A stretch of DNA of 64,000 nt from Lytechinus pictus (lineage: Eukaryota): contig NC_087246.1 in the NCBI RefSeq assembly GCF_037042905.1, positions 10,108,001 through 10,172,000 of the forward strand, given 5' to 3'. Below the pieces are notes generated by a model. It ran no database searches, was not told the DNA's origin, and saw only the letters and a program-made list of their open reading frames with translations. The position numbers and the translations under genes are program-made. This document shows, one piece after another, positions 13,370 through 23,495 of the stretch. Every line of letters begins with the position of its first letter. Positions within the stretch are counted from its first letter, which is position 1.

Positions 13370-15458
13370 CAGAGAAGTGAAGTTGCGCGACAGCCGAAGT
13401 AAGTCACTGTTTTTTCCCCTTTTAAGTTTATTTTTCCCCGTTTTGGCGCATTTCAGGCCAAAACGGAATAATAATCTTTATTTTGGTACAGTTCTTTTTG
13501 TATATTTTTATGAAATACAGACAAAAATCAATGAGCCCCGTCTGGGGGATTTTGCATTGTTAACCCCCTAATGCCTGGCTGCACGATAGTGAGCCGTCTG
13601 TGTACGAGGAGAAATATAAATAAATTAAAAATGTTATTGTTAATAAACTCCTCGAAACAGACGGCTGCCAGCTGTCTAACATGAGCAGCTTTACTTTATC
13701 ATTCACACTCTCAATACCAACACAACAGTAAACAATGAATGACACCAACACCACACTTGAACTGAAACCATGGATCATGTATGTAGGTTACAATCACACT
13801 CACAGTGCATCGCCTGAGTATTTCAGTGAGCTACTTCAGAAACTGCGCATGTCCGACTCGGGAGTCTCGCAAGGAAAGAGACATGGCGAACACAGAGATA
13901 AGCACGTGGGACTGTGGTTAACACGGATGTTAATATTTAAGTAAATCTTATCCCGTATGCCTCACAAGAATAGAATCATAGTTTTCCAAGCACTAATGGA
14001 CACACACTCAGATATAGGCTCCATATCAATACATTACATATATATCACTGATCACACTTACCCTTTTGAATATCGCATTATCGATAAAATTGTGATTTCT
14101 TTTTCAATTCCCCGGTTCGGCAGGTCACGGCATGGCATGTTCCATAGTGAGATATAGGGGTGTACCGGTATATAATACTGACAATCTCTCACAGGGAAGA
14201 TTATTTTAATAAAAACTGACATATCCTCCATAATTTTATAACTTCCTACTATTGATTAGTTTATAATGTTTCCGGTCAAATCAATTTTCTAATTGTTGTT
14301 GCTTATCTAAAGAAGAAATATATCATTAAATAACTGTATGAAAATTTTTCCACCTATGGCTGAGAATGGATCCAACCTCCAATCAACAAAACTTTGAGCG
14401 AATCGATCATCAGCTGTTTTTGCAGACGGTCTTTCTTGCAGCAGCAGATCTATCGACAACAACTGAGCTTGCTCTGCGAAATTTCTACCAATTTCTATTG
14501 TTTTTTTTTAGCCACAAAGATGGATCTACGTGGGTCTTAAACTCTAACTAATTTAGCAGTAAGAATAGGTTGGAGACTAATGTAAAACTACGATGTGGTA
14601 AGATAATTTGGCCAAGTTTAAAAGTTTTATATTCTGGGGATATTTTGTTACCCTATTTTTTTAATGACAGCCGTAACCCGTATAAGTTAACGTTAGACCG
14701 GCGGTGGTACCGCCGACTGTACAGGCACACAACGCTGCCCCTGCCGGACGACTAGCCTCCCTCCCAAACTGTCGAACCCCCGGTAACACTACAGCTTCGG
14801 AGACTGGCGGCGTCCTGAGACATGAATGAAACCTAAGAAAACCTCTGAACTTCAGAAAAAGATCACAATTGGCATTGGTAACAAAAAAAAGTGGTCATCA
14901 GACATCAGATCTATCAGTATCAAGTCTAGTCTAGATCTATAACCAGTTACCGGTACCGTATACCGGTACCGTATTTGTCTAGGCCTTATTAGTATACTTT
15001 ATTAAATAAGGCTTATTTTAATTTAAGTTCCACTTCTACAAGTCCAGCCTGGCTTAACTTAATTAGAAAAAGGTTGAGAGTTAAGGCTTAATCTTTAAAG
15101 TTAAAGGTTAAACGTTGGGCCCTATAGTATTATTAGGTCTAGATCTATTACCAAATAACGTTAAGTTTATAAAAATAATCTTTTATTTAAGGCCTGGTCA
15201 CTGGCCGATAAAGGATACAGTACATGGACAAGAAAATTTTTTTGGGTAGCTCCTTCCGTTTTCGTCTGCTCCAGAAATGGACAAAATTAATTAAAACTGT
15301 GCAGAAACAACAGATGTTGGTAGCATTTAGCAGGGGTGTTAAATGGATGTTCATTAGAAGCCTAGCGGGTGGAAGTGGATGGCAGCTTCGAAGAGGTGAC
15401 CAGGGTTTTTGAATACTTTGTATATGAGATGCATGCCATATGCTTATATATCCTTTCT

Positions 15459-18400
15459 TAGATCATTATATTTTTTACTTTCGGACTTCCCTGAAAAAAA
15501 GAATCATCCCAAGCGGTTTATATTACCTTCATTTAACTTTGGACTACATCCATTCCATTTCTAGTGCTTAGTTTTCATTTTTTAAGTTCTTAATACATTG
15601 CTTTTTCCATGTCATACTAAAGAAAGATAAGCACATGTTTTTTATTTTTGCCTACATGAACTGATGGGCAATGCAATGTTTTTGTTGTCTATTACATGAA
15701 ACAAAATGAATAGGCCTATTTTCCAGTACAAGATAACAATTTACCTGGATGATAACAAAATATTTTTGAAAAAATTAGAATAGAACTTGTACGGGGATTT
15801 TGTGCCAAAATGGAAAGGGCATAAAGAATACTTTAGTTTTTATGAGACCCAGTATTAACATTTAAAAAAAATCCTTTCTGCTTCTTTTGTACTGCTCGAA
15901 TAAAGAAAATTGAGTGTTTTTATGTCATGGCTTTTATTCATAGCATGGATGATAAAGACTTAGTTGCTGCTTTTATATATATATTTTTTTTTTTTTCATG
16001 CATCTCCAAATAATAGAGATGTCAAATAAGGAGTTGGTTTAACCTTTGAAGAAATTTTTAATTTCATGTTTTTTAAGGTCTTTAGAGTTGGCTAAACCTT
16101 TCAAGATCTAATGATTTTAAGTGAAAAAATTGTGGCTGTTCTTTAAAGTTTCTTTTATTATTATTAATGTTTTGGGTTTTTTTTTTTTTTGTTTTTTTTT
16201 GTTTTTTTTTGTTAGTATGGGGTACTTTGTAATAATATGAAAGAAAACAAATGAAAGAAAGTAATATAAAAGAAAGCACATGAATAACGTGTAGCTCAAG
16301 TAAACTGGTATAGTTCTCACCAATGTTATTTGCATGTCTATGGAAAAGTAGTAAGTATGCGAGAAAATAAGAAATAAGTACATCTACTGACTACTAACGG
16401 TTTCAGAAAGTTGGTTTTATTTATTGGATGATATTTTTAAAAATGCTGTTAAAAAAAAAAAACAAGGACTTTTATGTATATGCAAGGCTGTGCATTCAAT
16501 TGACTAAATAATCTTTATAATCTTTGATAATGCAGAATGACAGAGTCCTGGTATTAATAACGCATACTTCGTTCACTCACATACTGGTTGTTTTATGTAG
16601 ATTATTTCTGGTGGCCTTGCGCACGAAATTTTTGCACGAAATGTACACAGACATTTTTACAGTGCCTAAAAAGTAGTGGATTTCAGTTTCTATTCTTTGG
16701 CATAATATTGAAGGCCTGGATAAGGACCTAGGCGCGATGGTATGCGCCATGTCTTCCTTGTTCGTTTCGCGTGAAATCATGTTTAGTGTTGTCTTGTTTG
16801 TGTGTCAAGTGTTTATGTTTGTTTTTGTTTGTTGTTTTGTGTTTGTGTTGTTAGTGTTAAAAAAAACTGAAAAAGCCTCCACAGGAATTATTGTTCATAA
16901 CTCAATGCTAGATTCAATGTATGATGGGTAGTTTCAGTATAATTTCTTTGAACTGTCGAGGTTTGGGAAATAGTAAAAAAAGAAATGATGTCTTAGAATA
17001 TATTAAGGCAAAAAAGTTTCATATCTGCTGCTTGCAGGACACTCATTTTGTAGGTGAAGAAGAAGTTTCAATAAAAACTATTTGGGGAGATAATTGTTTT
17101 TTTAGTCATAAGACGTCTAATGCTAGGGGTGTAGCCATTCTCTTTGCGGAGGGTGTTATTTTTAATATAAATCGAATCAAAAGGTCAACCGAAGGGAATT
17201 TTGTTGCTTTAGATCTTAAGATATATGATTATAATATAACATTGATATCTCTTTATGGCCCTAACCAAGACAATGTTAACTTTTATTCAGATGTTGAAAA
17301 TGTTGCATTAGAATTTGAAAACCCTTTAACAATTTTTTGTGGTGATTGGAATTTGGTCCAAAATTTTGATAAAGACACATTTAATTATGTTCGTTTGAAT
17401 AATCCAAACGCAAAGAAAAGAGTTGATGAAATGAAAACTAACTTAAGCCTGGTGGATCCATGGAGAGAATTACATGAACATGAAAAGATATTTACATGGC
17501 GCCAACCCACTCCATTTAAGGCAGCCAGATTGGATTATTTTCTTGTATCTCATGAATTAATGTCTCTTGTTAACAGAATAGAAATTCTACCAGGATACAG
17601 AACTGATCATTCGTTGGTGAAGTTATCATTGAATCTAAATCATTGTAAGACAGGACCGAGTTACTGGAAATTTAACAATTCATTGTTAAAAGATGATATT
17701 TATATAGAACTGATTAAAGGTGTTATTCAACAAACAATTGATACCTACTCAACCCGACCGGTAAGATTCGGTGGAAATGTAGTAGATGGTCAAAATCCTT
17801 GGTATGAGTTTAATGTAAGCGATCAGCTGTTTTTTGATACGCTGTTAACAGTTGTTAGAGGTGAAACAATTTCATATGCTGCTGCAAAAAAGAAAAAAAA
17901 CGTTAATCTAGAAAATGATTTAGAGAAAGAAATTGTAAATTTAGAAAAGAATTTGGTTTTAAATACAAATATAGAAAGGGAATTAACTGTTCTGAATGAG
18001 AAGAAAGCTCAGTTAGAGTCATTGAGAAAAGAAAATAATGAAGAAATAAAGATGAGATCCAGAACTAAATGGATGGAGTTCGGAGAGAAACCATCCAAAT
18101 ATTTTTTAAATTTAGAAAAGAAAAATGTTGTTAATAAAAGAATATGCAAATTGATTACCAATGAAAATAAGGAAGTAACAACACATGAGGATATTACATC
18201 AGAAATTGTTTCTTTTTATTCACAACTATATGAAAGGCACCCTGTTATAAATATTGATTTAAATGCAATGATAAACAAAGATGAACTAAATAAATTAACA
18301 AATGCTATGTCACGGAATTTAGAAGGAGAGCTCTCCACCGACGAGGTTTATTATGCCCTAACAAATATGAAAAACAATAAATCTCCTGGTCTAGATGGAT

Positions 18401-20968
18401 TCACTGTTGAATTTTTTAAACATTTTTGGAAGGAAATCCATATATTTTTAGTTAGATATTTAAACTCTTCATTTTTATCTGGTATGCCTTACATACAGAA
18501 GTTAGGAGTTATTACTTTAATCCCCAAAGGAAGTAAAGATAGACACTATTTAAAAAATTGGAGACCCATATCATTATTAAATGTTGTATACAAAATAGGA
18601 TCTACTTGTATAGCTAATAGATTGAAGAATGTACTCCCTCTTCTTATTCATGAGAATCAGAAAGGGTTTATGTCCGGACGCTTTATCGGAGAAAACATCC
18701 GCTTGTTATATGATATATTATTGTATACTGAATTAAACGATATTCCCGGTTTATTGTTACTTATAGATTTTGAGAAGGCATTCGATTCAATTTCTCATGA
18801 CTTTATTCGCAATGTACTACACTTCTTTAAATTTGGTCCGACCATTGTTAAATGGTTTGATGTGTTTTATGAAAATGCTCAATCTTGTGTTTTAATCAAT
18901 GGACACCTGTCTCCCAGATTTTCAATAGAGCGGGGCTGTCGCCAAGGAGATCCATTGTCTCCATATATTTTTCTATTATGTGCTGAAATACTTGGCGTTT
19001 TGTTTCGACAATCAACGTCAATAGATGGTTTGAGGATGCCCTCTGGTAAATGTCATAAAATATTACAGTATGCAGATGACACTCTTCTGACATTAAACGG
19101 TTCAGAAAGAGAATTGAGTAGTGCTTTTGACATCTTGGAAAAATATAAAACAATATCAGGTTTGACTGTTAATATAACCAAGACACATGCAATATGGATT
19201 GGAGGATATAAGAACAAGAAAGACTGTATTCTTGCCAATAGGAATTTGAATTGGGTATTTGATGAATACTTCAGATATTTAGGTATAGATTTTTGTACAG
19301 ATCTTCAGAAAATGACGGTGCATAATTACAATGAAAAGTTTAAAGAGATCAAAAGTCAAATGACTTCATGGTTAAGACGTTACCTGACGGTCCTTGGAAG
19401 AGTGACGGTTGTCAAGTCATTGTTTGTGTCTAAATTGAACTACTTAATTCTTTCTCTCCCGAATCCAAGTGAGTTATTTCTAAAAGATGTAAATTCCCAA
19501 TTTCATAGATTCATATGGGGAGAGAAACCAGATAAAGTAAGTAGAAATCAAATGTCTCAGAGTTATTCTGAAGGTGGAGTAAAAATGATAGACATAAATC
19601 TGCATTGCCAGTCATTGAAAATTTCTTGGATGAAAAAAATGATAAACGGTTCCATTGACGGTAATATTATTTGTCTTCTTCAGTCTTTTTTGCATAAAAC
19701 GCAAAACTTGGATCTTTATATGGGAAATAGCTATTTTTTTAGACTGGCACACGAAATTAAAAATCCTTTTTGGAAAGAAATGTTCTTAGCGTATAGCACA
19801 CTGTTATCTATGCACTGTAATGATATACCTTGCCAACCCTTATGGAACAATGATTTTATCAAAATAGGTAATAGCTCAATTCACAGTAGATCTCTAAATA
19901 ATAGGGGTGTTCGTTTTGTTAATGATATTTTAGATGTACATGGCAATTTCCTCTCTTTGAATGACCTTAAGGAAAAATACAATGTTCAAATAAATTTTAT
20001 TTTTTACCGTGGATTATGTGATGCTATAAGAGACGGTTTTAGCAATGGCACACACTTTAGCAAGTTCCAAGAACCTATTATCCCCGATACAATAGCACTT
20101 GTTATGAAATATAATAAAGGTTGTTCACACATCTATACGATTCTTAAAAAGAAAAGAAAAGTGGAATGTAAAAGTTTCCTTAAGTGGAAGTGTATATTCG
20201 ATATGAATGACAAGCAATGGCAATCGTATTGCTCTATTGGATTCAGTTGTACTACCGATGTGAATTTACGTTGGTTTCAGTTCAAAATAATGCAACATAT
20301 TTTATATACAAATGAAATATTGTTTAAAATTAATTTAGCTCAACAAAAAGAATGTACTTTTTGTAATGTACACCGTGAAACAGTTACTCATCTACTTTGT
20401 GAATGTACATGTATTAAACATATATGGGACAGGTTTGAACAATGGATATTTCTTAAAACTGGAAATAGAATTGTTTTCTCTAATAAAGAAAAATTATTTG
20501 GTTTAAGAGGTTCAAGTAATTATGCATTAAATTGTTTATTGATAGTGATACGACAGATGATCTATACTTCCAGAGTAAAACATCAATTACCCGTTTTTGA
20601 TAATATCAAATTTGCACTTCAGAATTATTTCAAGAATGAAAAATATATCGCAGAGTCAAATTGTAAAATGGTAAAGTTTACAAAGAAATGGTTTCAATTA
20701 CATGCCATGTTTACATGAAGTGATCTGTTCAGTTCCCTTTCCATGTACAATGATACATATGAATATTATTGTTCATTTACTCCTTACTTGTTCCTTAAAT
20801 TGTTTACTATTATGTAAACCTGACAGTTCAATTTATATATTTGTTACAATTACTGTTGTATTGTATTTCGTTGTTATTAATTTGATTTGTCATTGAAAAG
20901 ATATCTTGTTATGTTTTGAATAATAATAAAATCCCTGTGGAGGGGAAACAAATTGAAAAAAAAAAAAA
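15459..20968 (+). mobile_element. LINE (L1/Tx1 clade) insertion, ~5.5 kb, ORF2 only
   Basis: AATAAA at ~20924 and an A13 tail at 20956-20968. The 11-bp direct repeat ATATCCTTTCT at 15448-15458 and 20968-20978 is the putative TSD. Confidence 0.8.
16921..20718 (+). CDS. L1/Tx1-clade non-LTR retrotransposon ORF2 (APE endonuclease + reverse transcriptase + CCHC finger), uninterrupted
   Basis: 1265 aa. EN motifs SLNCRGL, LQDTH, GDWN, RLDYF, TDH; RT motifs KSPGLDG, WRPISLLN, DFEKAFD, RQGDPLSP, QYADD, YLG; C-terminal CTFC-x8-HLLCEC. Confidence 0.97.
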   Translation: MMGSFSIISLNCRGLGNSKKRNDVLEYIKAKKFHICCLQDTHFVGEEEVSIKTIWGDNCFFSHKTSNARGVAILFAEGVIFNINRIKRSTEGNFVALDLKIYDYNITLISLYGPNQDNVNFYSDVENVALEFENPLTIFCGDWNLVQNFDKDTFNYVRLNNPNAKKRVDEMKTNLSLVDPWRELHEHEKIFTWRQPTPFKAARLDYFLVSHELMSLVNRIEILPGYRTDHSLVKLSLNLNHCKTGPSYWKFNNSLLKDDIYIELIKGVIQQTIDTYSTRPVRFGGNVVDGQNPWYEFNVSDQLFFDTLLTVVRGETISYAAAKKKKNVNLENDLEKEIVNLEKNLVLNTNIERELTVLNEKKAQLESLRKENNEEIKMRSRTKWMEFGEKPSKYFLNLEKKNVVNKRICKLITNENKEVTTHEDITSEIVSFYSQLYERHPVINIDLNAMINKDELNKLTNAMSRNLEGELSTDEVYYALTNMKNNKSPGLDGFTVEFFKHFWKEIHIFLVRYLNSSFLSGMPYIQKLGVITLIPKGSKDRHYLKNWRPISLLNVVYKIGSTCIANRLKNVLPLLIHENQKGFMSGRFIGENIRLLYDILLYTELNDIPGLLLLIDFEKAFDSISHDFIRNVLHFFKFGPTIVKWFDVFYENAQSCVLINGHLSPRFSIERGCRQGDPLSPYIFLLCAEILGVLFRQSTSIDGLRMPSGKCHKILQYADDTLLTLNGSERELSSAFDILEKYKTISGLTVNITKTHAIWIGGYKNKKDCILANRNLNWVFDEYFRYLGIDFCTDLQKMTVHNYNEKFKEIKSQMTSWLRRYLTVLGRVTVVKSLFVSKLNYLILSLPNPSELFLKDVNSQFHRFIWGEKPDKVSRNQMSQSYSEGGVKMIDINLHCQSLKISWMKKMINGSIDGNIICLLQSFLHKTQNLDLYMGNSYFFRLAHEIKNPFWKEMFLAYSTLLSMHCNDIPCQPLWNNDFIKIGNSSIHSRSLNNRGVRFVNDILDVHGNFLSLNDLKEKYNVQINFIFYRGLCDAIRDGFSNGTHFSKFQEPIIPDTIALVMKYNKGCSHIYTILKKKRKVECKSFLKWKCIFDMNDKQWQSYCSIGFSCTTDVNLRWFQFKIMQHILYTNEILFKINLAQQKECTFCNVHRETVTHLLCECTCIKHIWDRFEQWIFLKTGNRIVFSNKEKLFGLRGSSNYALNCLLIVIRQMIYTSRVKHQLPVFDNIKFALQNYFKNEKYIAESNCKMVKFTKKWFQLHAMFT

Positions 20969-22801
20969 TATCCTTTCTATTTCCACTCCTAACGATTGCA
21001 ATTCTATGTACCTTATCTTTCCTCCCTCTTTCCGTTGTTAAGCTGCAGTGGATACGAGTTGCAAGGATGCAGAGAGGATAGATCAACAGTAGACCGATAA
21101 ATAGGTCTATTTCTGTCAGGAATATGTTCCGCTGAGATTTCCTCTGGCTTTGCGACATCCCCTCCATGTAGGAGGAGGACAAAAATCAGAAAATGTTGAA
21201 AAACTCAGGAAAAAAAAGCGGATTTATCAGTCTAGATCTACAGCAGACGTTTAACGGACATGTATGGAAAGTTTGTTACTTGTTTATGTTGCGGATTTAC
21301 ATCGTACATGGTGGAAAGTTCATCCGTTCTAAAAGTTTTGTGCATCTCAAATTTTTTTTGTGTAAAAAAAATTACAGTGGAAGGATGCTAAATGACTAGA
21401 GCATGGATGTAACACGTACATTAAATGAGTAAACAAAGGATGCATAGTGTTTTCCAATGGATGGCAAGATTTAATTGTGTTTTACATCCGCTTTGCATCC
21501 ATAAGTGCAGTGGGACCAGGCCTTTACCTTTACAGCTGGCAACCCACAGTCTGTTTGGGGGAGTTTTTAAACTTTTTTTTACTTTTTTTTTCTCCTCCGA
21601 GTCACAGACAGTTATCTATCATGCACGCACCTAGGGGACTTGCAGTAAAATAGCCCGCAAAGGGGAACTTTGAATTTTTTGGCAAAAAACCCTGCCCTTT
21701 ATAAATAATGTAACTAACTGCGTTGATTATGATAATTTCGAAATTTTAAAGAAAAATGAAAAACACAAATACAGAGACTAACTCTGGTTGACTTCAGCTC
21801 TGTTTTTTTTTTTACTTCTAGGTCAACAGCTTATCGAAACCAATGGCCAATCAGATCATCCCTTCTATACTGGGTTGGATGGGTTGCCTCATGACACTGC
21901 CTGTTCATACTATGATATGACCGAGAAAATTTTATTCTTGCCACCGACCTCTGTTTTGCCCCTTGCCTCGATCTACGTTTTGTTCCACTGCACTAGATAG
22001 ATCTACACCTGAGTCGGAGGAGCAATTTTAAAAAGTATTTTTTTTTATATTTCAAAACTCCTCCAAACAGATGGATTTCAGCTGTCTAGGCCTACCACAT
22101 ATTAGAGCAAAGTAGATCTATCCCAATTGCACCGCAGTGGTGGTAGTAGCTATTACTCTAGAGATCATGCACAAATGTTTTTGAAGAAAATATAAAATGA
22201 AGAAAGATAGAGAATTAATGAAGGGAAAAGGAAGAAATTAAGAGAATAAATAAAATAAAAAGAAGTAAGACAGACAATCAGAAAGAAAGAAAAAATAGGT
22301 ACATAATTATGCTTGACTGAGACAATTGTTTGGTATTCTGAAAATGTTCTTTTATTTTTCTTATCTTTCACAATATATTTCAAATTATATTAACAATAGC
22401 TAGGGGGTTATTACATCTCATGAAGGCCGTTTCTTTCTTGCTAAAAATTGACGACCACTTGTTGTAACAAGGAGGCTATAGTAATCAGTCTTCCTTCAGT
22501 TCAATCCTTTCTTCTTTTGTCTATCTCCTTTATTTTTTCATTCTTTCTTTCTTCATCTTCCTTTCTTTCTATTCTTTTTTCTTTCTTCTTTTTATCTTTT
22601 TTTTTTTACATGGCTTCATGTTCAGTGCAAATTGAACTAAGGTATAGGATTGTTGTTGCTGTTGGTTTCAGTTTTAAGAGAATATTCAATCTTGAATGTT
22701 TACACCATCCCATTTTTTCATTCTTTGAGCAGTCTTTCTAGAGCCAGTATTGACCATTTTGACTTTTTAAGTGTATTGTATATCTGTTTATGTGATTTTA
22801 G

Positions 22802-23210
22802 GAAGCCATTTTCAGAATTAAAAGATATCCCAGCTCCACCACTGCTTGATGATATCTTACCATCACAGATTTTTACTGATGATTTGGATTCTTTCTCGGC
22901 ATCACAGGCTCTCACCACCTCACCCGTCAAAGGTATATATTCAAGTTCTTGTTCCATCATTTCAAGATTTGACCAGTGCATGCAATGTACAATCAACAAC
23001 ATTACTTTAATAACGTATTATATTTAAGGTGAAAAATAAAATACTCAGTCATGAACCATTCACCAATGCAAGTTCATTGAATCTAAATGCATTTCAACAA
23101 AATATTAGGAGCTGCTCATACATAATGTCTTGAAATTTAACTTTGATGGAACACAACTCTTATTCTATGATGATATTTAACATGTTTTCCTATCTTTGAA
23201 GTAGTAGTAT

Positions 23211-23242
<32 letters not shown>

Positions 23243-23460
23243 CTAGCAGTGTAGTAGTAGTAGTACTAGCAGTGTAGTAGTAGTGGTAGTAGTAATTAAT
23301 AGTAGCAGTGTAGTAGTGTAGTAGTAGTAGACTGTAGTAGTAGTAGTAGTAGAAGTAGTAGTAGTAGTAGAAGAAGAGCTATTGGCATTAATAATATCAG
23401 TAGTATTAGAATCAGGATAATGATATAGTGTTCTTATATAGTAGTAGTAGTAGTAGTAGT

Positions 23461-23495
<35 letters not shown>

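Larger units (their letters stand above)
13370..21802. mobile_element. Putative non-autonomous DNA transposon with ~300 bp diverged terminal inverted repeats, interrupted by the LINE
   Basis: Termini are CAGAGAAGTGAAGT (13370) and ACTTCAGCTCTG (21802). 13370-13675 aligns in inverted orientation to 21532-21802 (e.g. revcomp ACAGCTGGCAGCCGTCTGTTTCGAGGAG vs ACAGCTGGCAACCCACAGTCTGTTTGGGGGAG). No TSD found. Confidence 0.55.

Noticed and set aside
15660..15702. Hammerhead ribozyme in the LINE leader
   Set aside because: The core reads CTGATGG rather than CTGANGA, and the stems are not convincing.
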